In this document: positions 8,649-18,427 of the stretch, piece by piece
How positions within the stretch are numbered: position 1 is the stretch's first letter
Layout: every line of letters begins with the position of its first letter
Origin: Candidatus Limnocylindrales bacterium
Lineage (GTDB): Bacteria; Chloroflexota; Limnocylindria; Limnocylindrales; CSP1-4
Assembly (NCBI GenBank): GCA_038211705.1
Contig: JBBQVJ010000003.1
Span: 1 to 42,111 of the forward strand
Length of the DNA: 42,111 nucleotides
Reading direction: 5' to 3'
Position numbers and translations under genes: made by a program
The notes under the pieces: generated by a model
Database searches by the model: none
What the model saw: only the letters and a program-made list of their open reading frames with translations
Told to the model about the DNA's origin: nothing

Positions 8649-10247
8649 TCAACCGCCGGTCGCCCGCGGCCGGATGACGCGGGTCAGCGCCGATGCGTCG
8701 TGACCGTCGATGTACTCGAGCTCGTAGCGGGCGGCCAGCTGCGTGACCTCGTTGCGATCGAGCCGGATGACGTAGACCGGTCTCGTTCCCAGGTTGGCGT
8801 CGATGACGTTGGTCAGTCCGCCGTGGTTCTCGTCGAGGCGTGTCCGGTCGTCGATGATGGTGATGTCCGGGCGTTCGCCCTCGACTCGCTGGGCGTACCA
8901 CAACGGCGTCGAATAGCTCCACCAGCTGACGATGACCGCGTCGGGCTCCATGACGGCCAGCACGTGGTCCAGCCACCGCCCTGCGTCGTCCTGATGTCGC
9001 GCGTCGACCGCCGCATACCGGGTCGGGACGTCGAACAGCGTCGGAACGACGAATGCCGCGGCCAGGATGAGCGCGATCAACCCCGCCTGGGTCGAAGCCA
9101 CCGGTGCGGCCGCGAGATCGCTCCCGGCGCCATGCTCGATCGGCTCCTCGCCGCCAAGGCCGGCCAGCAGCTCGACGGCCACCGCGGCCAGGATGGCCAG
9201 CCACGACCAGGCCATCAGGGCTGGTCCGAGGTAATAGCGGTTGATATCGGCGTTGACATATGAGGCGTTGAAGAAGCAGGTGATCGCCACCGCGCTGCCC
9301 GTCAGCAGCGCGTACCGCGGCCGGCGTACGACCGTCGCCACGAACCCGACCGGGATCAGCGGAGCGAGGATCCCGAACTGGGTGACCGTCCGCGTCACCA
9401 GCTCGCCGACCTTGCGCGGCAACTCCCCGAACGGGTCCGTCAGGCTGCCCTGGAACTGCTCGGCGAGGACGATGTACTTGAAGCCCTCCCAGGTGTTCGG
9501 CGTCCCGTAGACGAGAGCGGCCCGGAACGGTCCGGCCCGGAGCGGCAACTCGAGATAGACGAGGACGACCGTGATCGCGAGGGCCGCGACGCAGCCGACG
9601 ACGAGGCGACCGCGCCGCCAGATCCCCGGATCGACCGCGAGGACGTACAGCCCGACCGGGATCGCCAGCAGCAGCGTGAGCGAGTGGTTCCCGACCGCAA
9701 GCCCGAAGACTACGGCCGCGGCGACGAGGTACCGGTCGGCGCGGTCGGCGCGGTCGGTTCGGTCGTCCCGGTCGGCGGCTCCGGCTCGGTCGACCCGGCG
9801 CACCCGGTCGTCCCACGCCACCAGCAGCCAGAGCAGGACCGCGACGAGCGCGAGGTGGAGCGAGTGGGCCTCGGCATGGGTGGCGATCGCCCAGGCGATC
9901 GGGGTGAGGGCCAGCCCGATCCCGGCCGCGATGCCGAGGACCAGCCAGCCGGTCATGGCCCGGACGAGGTCGACGGTGACGCCCGCCGCGACTGCCAGGC
10001 AGATGGCTGACAGCAGGTTCATCCGGAACGCGGCGTCGCCGAATGGCTGAAGGACCACCGAGGCGAGCCAGCCGAGCAGTACGTAGGTCGGGAACCCAGT
10101 CGGGTGGGCCGTGCCCATGAGCGGCCCGACGGCCTGGAGCTCGCCGGTGTCCCAGAATGCGACCCCCGGGCGCAGCGCCATCCAGGCCGTCCCGAACGCG
10201 ACGAGCGCGACGAGCAGCGAAGCGGCCAGGCGGGTCCGCGTCACCAT
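8649..10247 (-). CDS. DUF2723 (TMEM260-like) GT-C glycosyltransferase
   Basis: WDTGELQ...GTAHPTGFPTYVLLG, FRMNL, AEAHSLH and FGLAVGNH, with many TM helices. Start overlaps the upstream stop. Confidence 0.85.
   Translation of the reverse strand: MVTRTRLAASLLVALVAFGTAWMALRPGVAFWDTGELQAVGPLMGTAHPTGFPTYVLLGWLASVVLQPFGDAAFRMNLLSAICLAVAAGVTVDLVRAMTGWLVLGIAAGIGLALTPIAWAIATHAEAHSLHLALVAVLLWLLVAWDDRVRRVDRAGAADRDDRTDRADRADRYLVAAAVVFGLAVGNHSLTLLLAIPVGLYVLAVDPGIWRRGRLVVGCVAALAITVVLVYLELPLRAGPFRAALVYGTPNTWEGFKYIVLAEQFQGSLTDPFGELPRKVGELVTRTVTQFGILAPLIPVGFVATVVRRPRYALLTGSAVAITCFFNASYVNADINRYYLGPALMAWSWLAILAAVAVELLAGLGGEEPIEHGAGSDLAAAPVASTQAGLIALILAAAFVVPTLFDVPTRYAAVDARHQDDAGRWLDHVLAVMEPDAVIVSWWSYSTPLWYAQRVEGERPDITIIDDRTRLDENHGGLTNVIDANLGTRPVYVIRLDRNEVTQLAARYELEYIDGHDASALTRVIRPRATGG
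9732..9794. repeat. Degenerate in-frame 9-bp tandem repeat (NCGGTCGNN) encoding xDR units
   Basis: ccggtcggc gcggtcggc gcggtcggt tcggtcgtc ccggtcggc ... tcggtcgac, encoding VDRAGAADRDDRTDRADRADR. Confidence 0.7.
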
Positions 10248-11743
10248 CCGAGCAACCGGCTCCACAGCACTCCCCACAGGTTGATGGCCAACGACAGCGC
10301 GATGAGCGCGACGGCCGACAGCATGCCCCAACGACGGCCCGATACCAGCCGCTCGAACCCTAACGCGACGAGCAGGACGGCGAACGGCGCCGCGTCGTTG
10401 CTGAACCGGTAGCCGAACTGGACCCAGCCCTGCGAGAAATGCATCAGGTTGACGATGGCGATGAAGCCAACCGCGAGGGCCGCTCCGGTGACCAGCCGGC
10501 TTCGACCGAACCGCCCGAGGATGGGCAGGGCCAGCAGGTATGCCGGGCTCGTGAGGAGCACGCTCATCCCCGTGTCACGGGGGACCGCCAGCGGGCAGTC
10601 GACGTCGAACAGGCCGCGAGCGGCGCCTGGGGAGACGCACACCGGGGTCGGCTGGATGGCGAGGCTCTGGGGCAGTGCCGAAGGGAGGAGGTCTGGCGCC
10701 CCGAACAGGGCGATCCCGAGGTTGTGGGGGAGATAGCGGGGATCCTCGGCGGCCCAGTCGGGGCGGTAGCCGAGCGTCGGGTAGCCGGCGGTCTCGATCC
10801 GGTACAGGAAGTCGTAGGCCGGGTGGAAGACCTGTCCGGTCGTGACGACGTTGTAGAGCACCAGGACGGCGATCGGGATCGCGGTGCCGAGTGCAGCCGA
10901 CCAGACGCGTCGCCGGGGACCGCCGCCGCCTACGAAGGCAAAGAACGGGGCACCGAACACGGCCGTCAGCCGGGCCGCCGTGGCGAGCCCCACCAGGAAA
11001 CCGGCCAGGAGCTGACGGGGGTCGAGGGCGAGGGTGCCTCGCCGGGTCCGCACGGACGTCGTGGCGTCGTCGGGCGGGACGGACGGGCCTGCCGGCTCAG
11101 GCGACAGGCCCAGCGCCTCCGCCCCAGCCGCCCGGTCGGCACCGAGCGCGACCCCGATGGCGAGGAAGGTCAGCCCGACCGCGACGATGTGCGCCTGGTA
11201 CCAGGTCGTCGAGATCTGGGCCGTGTACCAGAAGACCGTCCCGAAGGCGAAGAAGGCGGTCGAGCCGAGCCGGACCGTGGGCCGGATCGGCAGCCGCCCC
11301 AGCGCCCACCAGCACAGACCGACGTCGAGCGCCGCCAGGATCGTGAAGATGGCCTGATCGTTGACGGCCACGCCCCACAGCGCGACGAACGGCAGGAGCA
11401 CGAGAGCGGGAAGTGGCGGGAACGGCAGCAGCCCACGGGTCACACCGTCGGCCGTCGGCACCGAAAGGACGTCCTGGAAATAGGCGTTGCCCGGCAGGCC
11501 GGCGGCCGCCGCAACGGGATAGCGGATCGCGGCATGGCCCTCGAGGAACGCGGCGGCCTGCCAGGCGAAATGGTCGTAGTAACGATCGACGAAGGTCGCC
11601 CCGTAGACCGCCAGGGCCGTCAGGACGAGCGTCAGTCCGACCGCGACCGCCAGCCAGGGGGCGATCCGCGCGCCGGACGATCCAGCCGTGTCGGGAGTCG
11701 CCCCGGCGTCCGCCGGGCGACCCTGTGCTACGCTCCGATGCAC
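10241..11743 (-). CDS. Polytopic membrane protein, probable GT-C glycosyltransferase (start uncertain)
   Basis: TM1 followed by an acidic loop (DRYYDHF), PFPPLPALVLLPF, FAFGTVFWY, TWYQAH and GWVQFGYRFSND. Overlaps the DUF2723 start. Confidence 0.7.
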   Translation of the reverse strand: MHRSVAQGRPADAGATPDTAGSSGARIAPWLAVAVGLTLVLTALAVYGATFVDRYYDHFAWQAAAFLEGHAAIRYPVAAAAGLPGNAYFQDVLSVPTADGVTRGLLPFPPLPALVLLPFVALWGVAVNDQAIFTILAALDVGLCWWALGRLPIRPTVRLGSTAFFAFGTVFWYTAQISTTWYQAHIVAVGLTFLAIGVALGADRAAGAEALGLSPEPAGPSVPPDDATTSVRTRRGTLALDPRQLLAGFLVGLATAARLTAVFGAPFFAFVGGGGPRRRVWSAALGTAIPIAVLVLYNVVTTGQVFHPAYDFLYRIETAGYPTLGYRPDWAAEDPRYLPHNLGIALFGAPDLLPSALPQSLAIQPTPVCVSPGAARGLFDVDCPLAVPRDTGMSVLLTSPAYLLALPILGRFGRSRLVTGAALAVGFIAIVNLMHFSQGWVQFGYRFSNDAAPFAVLLVALGFERLVSGRRWGMLSAVALIALSLAINLWGVLWSRLLGW

Positions 11744-11774
11744 CTTCCACGCTCGTGTCTAGGAGCCGTTCCCG

Positions 11775-14700
11775 GTGACTGGCCCCGCGGCCCGCAGGAC
11801 CGAGCGAGGCACACGAGCGCCGTCGCGGGTGACCGGGACGCAGGGAGCCGTCGGCGCGGTGCTCGTGGTCCTCGCGCTCGGTCTTGCCCTCCGCCTCATC
11901 ATCGCATACCTCCTCCCCGAATCCGGTTTCGGGGTGGACCTGAATGCCTTCCGCGCCTGGGCGAGCAACCTCGCGGCTGACGGGCTGCACGGATTCTACG
12001 AGCGCGACTTCTTCCACGACTACACGCCGGGCTACCTGTACGTGCTGTGGTTGCTCGGCAACGTCGGGGGTGCGCTCGGCGGCGTCAGTGTCGGCCTGAT
12101 CAAGATCCCGGCGATCCTGGCCGATCTCGCCATCGGCTGGCTGGTCTGGTCGATGATCCTGGAGCTCGGTGGCCGCCGACGTGTCGCGCTGGCCGCGGCG
12201 TTCGTGGCCGTCGTCAATCCGATCGGCTGGTTCGACAGCGTCGTCTGGGGCCAGGTCGACTCGGTCGGTGTCGTCTTCCTGCTGCTCGGGCTGCGCTCGA
12301 TGTGGCGGGACCAGCCCGAACGGGCCGCGATCTTCGCGGTGATCGCCGCCCTGATCAAACCCCAGCTCGCGATCCTCATCCCGATCCTCGCGCTGGTCAC
12401 CATCCGGCGCGCGTTCTGGCCGGTCACGGACTCGTCGATGGAGGCGGCCCCGGACCCCTCGCCGGACGTCGGCCCGTGGCAACGCCTCCTCGCCTGGGAG
12501 CGGCGGACCGATCACCCGATCCGGGTCGTCTCGACCGGCCTGGTCGCCCTGGCGACCACCGTCGTGCTGTGCCTGCCCTTCGGGCTGTCGGTGATCGAGT
12601 TCAGCTCACAGGCACCCTACGTCAGCTCCGGGCTCCTGTCGCAGGTCTTCGCGACAGCCGCGGGCTACCCGTACCTGACGGTCAACGCCTTCAATCCATG
12701 GGCCCTGATCCCGGGCGACACCGGGTACAGCCTGGCCAACGCGGGCCTGTGGGTGTGCGATGGCCCGTGGGGCGCCGACGCGTGCGGGTCGGGGGTCGCC
12801 ACCTTCGGCTCGGTCGCGGCGGTCCTGATCGGCAGCCTCCTGATGCTGACCGTCGTCGCGGCCGTCTCGCTGGTCGCGGCGTGGCGACCGGAACGGCTGA
12901 CGATCCTGCTGAGCCTGACCATCCTGGCTATCGCCTTCTACGTGGTCCCGACCCGCGTCCACGAGCGGTACGCGTATCCGGCATTCGCCCTGGCGATCAT
13001 GCTGGCTGCGATCGCCTGGCGTTGGCGTGCCGCGTACCTCGTGTTCTCGGTGACGGTCTTCCTGAACATGTACGCAGCGCTGACCAATCCGTTCTACGAG
13101 AACCCGGGGGTCAGCGACTGGTTTGGGATCGGGCCTGCTCTCCGGTCCGAGCCGGGGGTGACGATCATCGCGCTGCTCAACGGGCTGGTCCTTCTATGGG
13201 CCATCGTCCAGGTCCGCACCGCCGCGCGGTCCCGCCTGGCGGACGAGCTCGTGCTCGAGCGCGAACGCGCGCTCGACGAGGCCGCGCCGACTCCCGATGG
13301 TTCGCTCCCGGCTCCGGCACCCATCACCGAGGGCGGCCGCCCGACTCTTGATGGCGAGCGCCCCACGGCGGCGACCGCGTTCACTACAGCCGCCGCCGCG
13401 AGCGGCTCCGCGATGACCCCAGACGCTGGCCACTCCCGCGCCGCGCCGGCCGCCTCGGCCGCGGTCGCGCTGCCGAGCTGGTCGCCACGCGCCACCTTCG
13501 AGGAGGTCGGCATCCGGGGCTGGTTCAAGGCCCGCCTCAACGACCCGCCGATCCGCCCGGATCGGAGCGCGAGCCTCCGCTCGGAGGGCGGCGGGCGCCT
13601 CGACCGTCTCGACCTCTACCTCGTCGTGCTGCTGATCCTCGGCACGCTTCTGCTGCGCACGTTCCGGCTGGCCGAGCCGTACCAGATGCATTTCGACGAG
13701 GTCTACCACGCTCGCACCGCGACCGAGTTCCTCCAGTCGTGGCGCTACGGGCTGTCGCACGACATCTACGAATGGACCCACCCGCATCTCGCCAAGTACC
13801 TCATGGCCGCCGGAATCGTCGCGTTCGGGAACGACGGCGTGAGCGCCACGAGCGATCTCGGGGTCCCCGTGCGCGCAGTGGCCGTCGAACCGCGCCGGAT
13901 CGACGAGGGAGCGCCAGGGGGCCGAGCCGGCGAGCGGCTGCACGTCGCCACCGGGACCGAGATCCGGACGTACGACCTCAAGACGCGCGATCTCATCTCG
14001 GTCCTGCCGGCGCCCGGCGCAGGAGCGCTGGCCATCGATGCGACCGGGAGCCACCTGGTCATCGGCCATGACGACGGGGGGATCGCCACCCTCGAGCTCG
14101 GTTTGATCGACAAGGACAGCGCAGCCGCCGGGCTCGTGCCGGTCGAGCTCGTGACGGTGGATCACCCCGTCGGGCACCTCTTGGTGACGGACGACGGGAC
14201 CGAGATCGCGGCGGCGTCGTCGGACCGCCTGACCATGGTCGGCCTCGATTCGGGGACGGTCCTCGGCTCGGTTGACCTGGCCGGCATCGTGGACCTGGCG
14301 CCGGGCGGCAGCGGTTCGGCGCTCGTCGCCGCCGTCGATGCCGACACCGTTCCCGGCGCACTCGCCTCGGACCTGGCGGGGATCCTCAAGACGGATGCCG
14401 CGGACTATGAATCGTTGCTTGCCTCGGCCTCACCGGGCACGACGGTCACCCTCGGCCAGCCGGGGACAGGCGCGGAACGCACGGCGCTCGACAAGGCGAT
14501 CGCCGCCGGCACGCTGCCGGGCGTCTCGGTCGATAGCATCCCGCGGATCGCCGTGGCCGACGATGCCGGCGTCGTCTTCCTCGATCCAGAACACGCGTCG
14601 GTGATCTCCACGATCGCGCTCGATGGCGGCGCGCACGGCCTGGCACAGGTGACCGGTCTCGACGACCCGAAGCTGTTTGCCACGTCCGGTGGTGGAACGA

Positions 14701-17276
14701 CGGACCCCGGCTATCACGTCATCGCCATCGGGGGCGACGCGGCCAAGGATGGCCCCGCCGACCTGGGGGTTCATCCGCTGCCCGGGCCGGGCACGGCGGT
14801 CCTCTATGACGCCGCCAGCCAGATGGTCCACATCCTCGGGTCGGCGCCGAATCCGGACCTGGTGGTGGACGGCGTGCAGGGTTACGCCCAGGATCAGGCG
14901 ACCGTCTACGTCGTGGAACCCCACGGCAACGCGGAACCCCGCGGCACCGCGGTCTTCGCCGACGCACGACTGCCCCAGGGCTTCGTCCCGGCGGCCTGGG
15001 GCGCCGACTTCAACCCCGACTATCCGTCGGACGATCGCCAGCAGATCCTCGTCTTCGACGGAGCGGGTCAGTCGGCGGCGATCGATGCCGGCTCGCACGC
15101 CTTCGCCTGGCGGCTGCCGGGCGTGATCGCCGGGGCGCTGACCGCGGCCCTGCTCTACCTCCTGACCCGCATCCTGTTCCGCCGCCGGCTCATCGCCGGG
15201 CTGGTCGGGCTGTTCGTGCTGGCCGACGGGATGTTCTTCGTGCAGTCGCGGATCGGCATGAACGACGTCTACGTCGGGCTGTTCATCATCGCCGCCTACA
15301 CCGTCTTCGCCGCCATCTGGACGGGCTCGTGGAAGGGCCGCGCCGCGTTCTGGATCGGGATGCCGGTCATCGGCCTGCTGCTGGGCCTCGCGCTCGCCAG
15401 CAAGTGGGTGGCGGCCTATGCCATCGGCGCCCTGCTGCTGCTGATCCTGTTGCGCAGCGCCCTCGGTCGCGTCCTGGGGATCCTGGGGCTGATCGGGATC
15501 ACCGCTGTCCTCGGCTACATGGCCGTCAGTGTGCCCGCGGCGGCACCCGGCGCCGATGCCGGGTTCGGCAACCTGACCTTCCTGTTCATCATGGTCGCAC
15601 TGACCCTGCTCGCCGTGGTCGTCGCCGTCGTCCACCCGATCGCCTGGACCGACGAGGAGATGCGCTTCGGGGTGGTGGCGCCGGCGGCCCTCGGCGGCAT
15701 CGTGTTCTTCGGGGCGCTGGCCACCGGCCGGCTGGAGGTGGCGATCGCCCTGGGGCCGATGTCGCTCACCCCGTTGCTGCTGGCGATCGCGCTCGCCGCC
15801 GGCTCGCTCATCGTGTACGGCCTCTTCTGGCTGGGCGGGCGGTACGGCTTCGGCCCGCTGGCCGCACCGCCGGCGCCCGACGATCCGATCCGCTACCTGG
15901 AGCCGCCGGGCGAGCCACCCGATGGCTGGCTCCGGCCGGGCTGGCTGCTGGGTATCCCCGTCGTCTGGGGGCTCGCCTGCCTCATCGCGCTGCCCGTCGC
16001 CGTGTACGTGGCCTCCTACATCCCGTGGGCGTTGATCGAGAACCACCAGCTCGTCCCGGGCTGGCCGCCGGGCCACACCGGCCAGACACTGCTCGACCTG
16101 ACCGGCCAGATGTACGGCTATCACAACAGCCTCTCGGCCGCGCATCCGGCATCCTCGCCGTGGTGGGCCTGGCCGATGAACCTGAAGCCGGTCTGGTTCT
16201 ACCAGGAAGGCCTCGCCGGGGGCACGTCGGCCGCCCTGTACGACGCGGGCAGCCTGGTGATCTGGTGGCTCGGCATCCCGGCCATCGCCTTCGTGTCGTG
16301 GATGGCGTTCAAGCGCCGGAGCCTCGCCCTGGCGCTTGTCGCGATCGCCTTCGCTGCCCAATGGATCCCGTGGGCCCGCATCGACCGGGCCGCGTTCCAG
16401 TACCACTACTACACGGCCCTGCCGTTCGTGGTCATCTCGCTCGCCTACTTCGTCGCCGAGCTTTGGCACGGCGCGTCGCGCTACACGTGGATGCTCGCCC
16501 GGGTGGCGGCCGCGGTGGCGATCGTCGCGCCGGCCGGCATGTGGCTGCTGTCGCGGCCGCTGTGCGCGGTGGTCGGTGTCGAGCGAATCAACCCGGGCTC
16601 GCAGGCCTGCCCGGCGGTCATCCCCGACTTCGTGCTGACCGCCCGGACCGCGGCGCTGGTGGTCGTTGTCGGGGTCGGCCTGTTCTTCATCGTCCGGCGG
16701 TTCCTCGCCTTCGAGTCGCACGACAGCGTTGAGCCCGGTCGGGGCCAGCTCACCGCGGCCTATCGCTCGCTCTTCTGGACGGGGCTTGGGGTCGTCGCCG
16801 CGCTGCTCGTCGTCTCGCTCATCCCCGACACGTCGATCCTGACCCTGACCAGCATCCCGGTCGAGCCGATCGCCCTGGTCGTCGGTATCCCGCTGGGCTA
16901 TCTCGCGATCCAGGTGCTCAGCTCGCGCGACGCGCGGCGGTTCGTGGTCGGTCTCCTGGTCGCGGTCGTCGGCTGGTTTGTCATCCTGTACCCGAACATC
17001 AGCGCCTTGCCGCTTCCGGCGGCCGTGGTGGCCGCCTACCAGGGCATCCTGCCGACCTACCTGTACGCGTTCCAGTTCCCGGTCAGCACCGTCACGCGCA
17101 ACACCGACACACCGATCTTCACGCCGATGCTGGCGATCCTCGTGCTGGCCCTGGCCGTCACCTGCCTGGTGGTCGCCTACTCGGCCTGGGTCTGGCGGCT
17201 GGCGCTGGCCGACAAGGCGGCGGCCGCCGGATCGCCCGAGGAAGCGGACGGCCTGGCCCGGACCGGCGGCGCCTGA
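11775..17276 (+). CDS. Giant double GT-C protein: GT87/Gpi18-like mannosyltransferase domain fused to a PMT (GT39)-like domain with an inserted beta-propeller
   Basis: N-domain DYTPGYLY, NPIGWFDSVVWGQVDS, KPQ and VHERY. C-domain FDEVYHARTA, YEWTHPHLAK, WRLPG, QSRIGMND, ASKW, HPASSPWWAWP and FQYHYY. AGGAG RBS and TGcTACGCT promoter at 11726-11734. Confidence 0.88.
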   Translation: MTGPAARRTERGTRAPSRVTGTQGAVGAVLVVLALGLALRLIIAYLLPESGFGVDLNAFRAWASNLAADGLHGFYERDFFHDYTPGYLYVLWLLGNVGGALGGVSVGLIKIPAILADLAIGWLVWSMILELGGRRRVALAAAFVAVVNPIGWFDSVVWGQVDSVGVVFLLLGLRSMWRDQPERAAIFAVIAALIKPQLAILIPILALVTIRRAFWPVTDSSMEAAPDPSPDVGPWQRLLAWERRTDHPIRVVSTGLVALATTVVLCLPFGLSVIEFSSQAPYVSSGLLSQVFATAAGYPYLTVNAFNPWALIPGDTGYSLANAGLWVCDGPWGADACGSGVATFGSVAAVLIGSLLMLTVVAAVSLVAAWRPERLTILLSLTILAIAFYVVPTRVHERYAYPAFALAIMLAAIAWRWRAAYLVFSVTVFLNMYAALTNPFYENPGVSDWFGIGPALRSEPGVTIIALLNGLVLLWAIVQVRTAARSRLADELVLERERALDEAAPTPDGSLPAPAPITEGGRPTLDGERPTAATAFTTAAAASGSAMTPDAGHSRAAPAASAAVALPSWSPRATFEEVGIRGWFKARLNDPPIRPDRSASLRSEGGGRLDRLDLYLVVLLILGTLLLRTFRLAEPYQMHFDEVYHARTATEFLQSWRYGLSHDIYEWTHPHLAKYLMAAGIVAFGNDGVSATSDLGVPVRAVAVEPRRIDEGAPGGRAGERLHVATGTEIRTYDLKTRDLISVLPAPGAGALAIDATGSHLVIGHDDGGIATLELGLIDKDSAAAGLVPVELVTVDHPVGHLLVTDDGTEIAAASSDRLTMVGLDSGTVLGSVDLAGIVDLAPGGSGSALVAAVDADTVPGALASDLAGILKTDAADYESLLASASPGTTVTLGQPGTGAERTALDKAIAAGTLPGVSVDSIPRIAVADDAGVVFLDPEHASVISTIALDGGAHGLAQVTGLDDPKLFATSGGGTTDPGYHVIAIGGDAAKDGPADLGVHPLPGPGTAVLYDAASQMVHILGSAPNPDLVVDGVQGYAQDQATVYVVEPHGNAEPRGTAVFADARLPQGFVPAAWGADFNPDYPSDDRQQILVFDGAGQSAAIDAGSHAFAWRLPGVIAGALTAALLYLLTRILFRRRLIAGLVGLFVLADGMFFVQSRIGMNDVYVGLFIIAAYTVFAAIWTGSWKGRAAFWIGMPVIGLLLGLALASKWVAAYAIGALLLLILLRSALGRVLGILGLIGITAVLGYMAVSVPAAAPGADAGFGNLTFLFIMVALTLLAVVVAVVHPIAWTDEEMRFGVVAPAALGGIVFFGALATGRLEVAIALGPMSLTPLLLAIALAAGSLIVYGLFWLGGRYGFGPLAAPPAPDDPIRYLEPPGEPPDGWLRPGWLLGIPVVWGLACLIALPVAVYVASYIPWALIENHQLVPGWPPGHTGQTLLDLTGQMYGYHNSLSAAHPASSPWWAWPMNLKPVWFYQEGLAGGTSAALYDAGSLVIWWLGIPAIAFVSWMAFKRRSLALALVAIAFAAQWIPWARIDRAAFQYHYYTALPFVVISLAYFVAELWHGASRYTWMLARVAAAVAIVAPAGMWLLSRPLCAVVGVERINPGSQACPAVIPDFVLTARTAALVVVVGVGLFFIVRRFLAFESHDSVEPGRGQLTAAYRSLFWTGLGVVAALLVVSLIPDTSILTLTSIPVEPIALVVGIPLGYLAIQVLSSRDARRFVVGLLVAVVGWFVILYPNISALPLPAAVVAAYQGILPTYLYAFQFPVSTVTRNTDTPIFTPMLAILVLALAVTCLVVAYSAWVWRLALADKAAAAGSPEEADGLARTGGA

Positions 17277-18427
17277 GGGATCGGCGACCGGAAGTCCTCG
17301 GGCAGCCCCTCGGTCAACGCGAGCCGGCGGATGACGAACCCGTAGTAGTCGTCGACCTTGGCCGTCACCCGCGGCCAGCTGAATTCCTCGGCGCGGACCA
17401 GGCCGGCGGCGCCCATCGAGGCGCGCAGCTCGGGGTCGTCGAGCAGCCGGGCGATCGCGGTCGCCAGCTCCTTGGGGTCGTGCGGCGGGACGAGCAGGCC
17501 CTCCCGGCCGCGGCGGAGGACGCCCTTGTAGCCGTGGATGTCCGAGGCCACGATCGGTGCGCTGGCCGCCATCGCCTCGAGCAGGACGATCCCGAACGAT
17601 TCGCCACCGGTCGCCGGCGAGGTGAACACGTCGGCCGTTCGGAAGAGCTGCGCCTTCTCGGCATCCGAGACGCGACCCAGGAACTCGACCGCCTGAAGCC
17701 CGCGGGTCGCCACGTAGCGGCGCGCCTCGCGCTCCTGCGGCCCCGAACCCACCACGAGCAGCCGGTTCTCGTAGCCGGTCCGGCGCAGGATGCGGTGGGC
17801 CTTGAGCAGGTCGAGCAGACCCTTGCGCGACTCGTGGCGACCGACGAAGAGGACGTTGGGCGTCCCGTCCTGCCAGCGCGCGACCGGGACCGCCCCGGCG
17901 AAGCGCGGGATGTCGACGCCGTTGGGGATGACCTTGTAGTCGCCCGGGAAGAAGCGGTCGATGAAGTGACGGGCCGCGGCGCTGACCGCGATCCGGCCAT
18001 GGAGCCGGGCGGCGTGGCCGGTCATGACCCGACTGCCGACCTCGTACGACGGCGAGAAGCCGGCATACGCGTGGAACGTGGCCACGTTGACGCTCCGCGA
18101 TTCGCGCAGCAGGAAGAGCGACAGGAAGGGCACGAATGGCTCGTGCAGATGGAGCACGTCGAAGCGCTCGCGGGCCAGCAGGTCCCGGACCTGGCCGATG
18201 TAGCGGGGCGAGAAGGTCAGCGTTCCCATCGAACCGTTGAGCGGCACGCTGAAGCCGACCCCGATGCGCAGGATGTCGCCCTCCGAAGCCCGCTGCGGAC
18301 CGTGGCTCGCGGTGATGATCCGCACGTCATGGCCGCGCAGCCGGAGGTTCTCGTAGAGGTGCCGGACATGCTGTGCGACGCCACCCGAATCCGGGTAGAT
18401 GTAGGGGCAAACGAGGCCGATCTTCAT
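17177..18427 (-). CDS. pimA: GT4 glycosyltransferase, PimA-like phosphatidylinositol mannosyltransferase
   Basis: MKIGLVCPY...GGVAQHV, LHLHEP, VATFH, RIAVS, IPNGVD, RKG and GGESFGIVLLEAMA closely follow PimA motifs. Same operon as pgsA and the acyltransferases. Confidence 0.82.
   Translation of the reverse strand: MKIGLVCPYIYPDSGGVAQHVRHLYENLRLRGHDVRIITASHGPQRASEGDILRIGVGFSVPLNGSMGTLTFSPRYIGQVRDLLARERFDVLHLHEPFVPFLSLFLLRESRSVNVATFHAYAGFSPSYEVGSRVMTGHAARLHGRIAVSAAARHFIDRFFPGDYKVIPNGVDIPRFAGAVPVARWQDGTPNVLFVGRHESRKGLLDLLKAHRILRRTGYENRLLVVGSGPQEREARRYVATRGLQAVEFLGRVSDAEKAQLFRTADVFTSPATGGESFGIVLLEAMAASAPIVASDIHGYKGVLRRGREGLLVPPHDPKELATAIARLLDDPELRASMGAAGLVRAEEFSWPRVTAKVDDYYGFVIRRLALTEGLPEDFRSPIPQAPPVRARPSASSGDPAAAALSASASRQTQAE

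Noticed and set aside
9732-9794. 9-bp repeat as a phase-variation switch
   Set aside because: The unit is a multiple of three and degenerate, so copy changes would not shift the frame.
13830-15095. Insert in the PMT domain as a possible intein
   Set aside because: No Cys/Ser start with block A, no terminal HN followed by C/S/T and no endonuclease motifs. The sequence looks like propeller blades.
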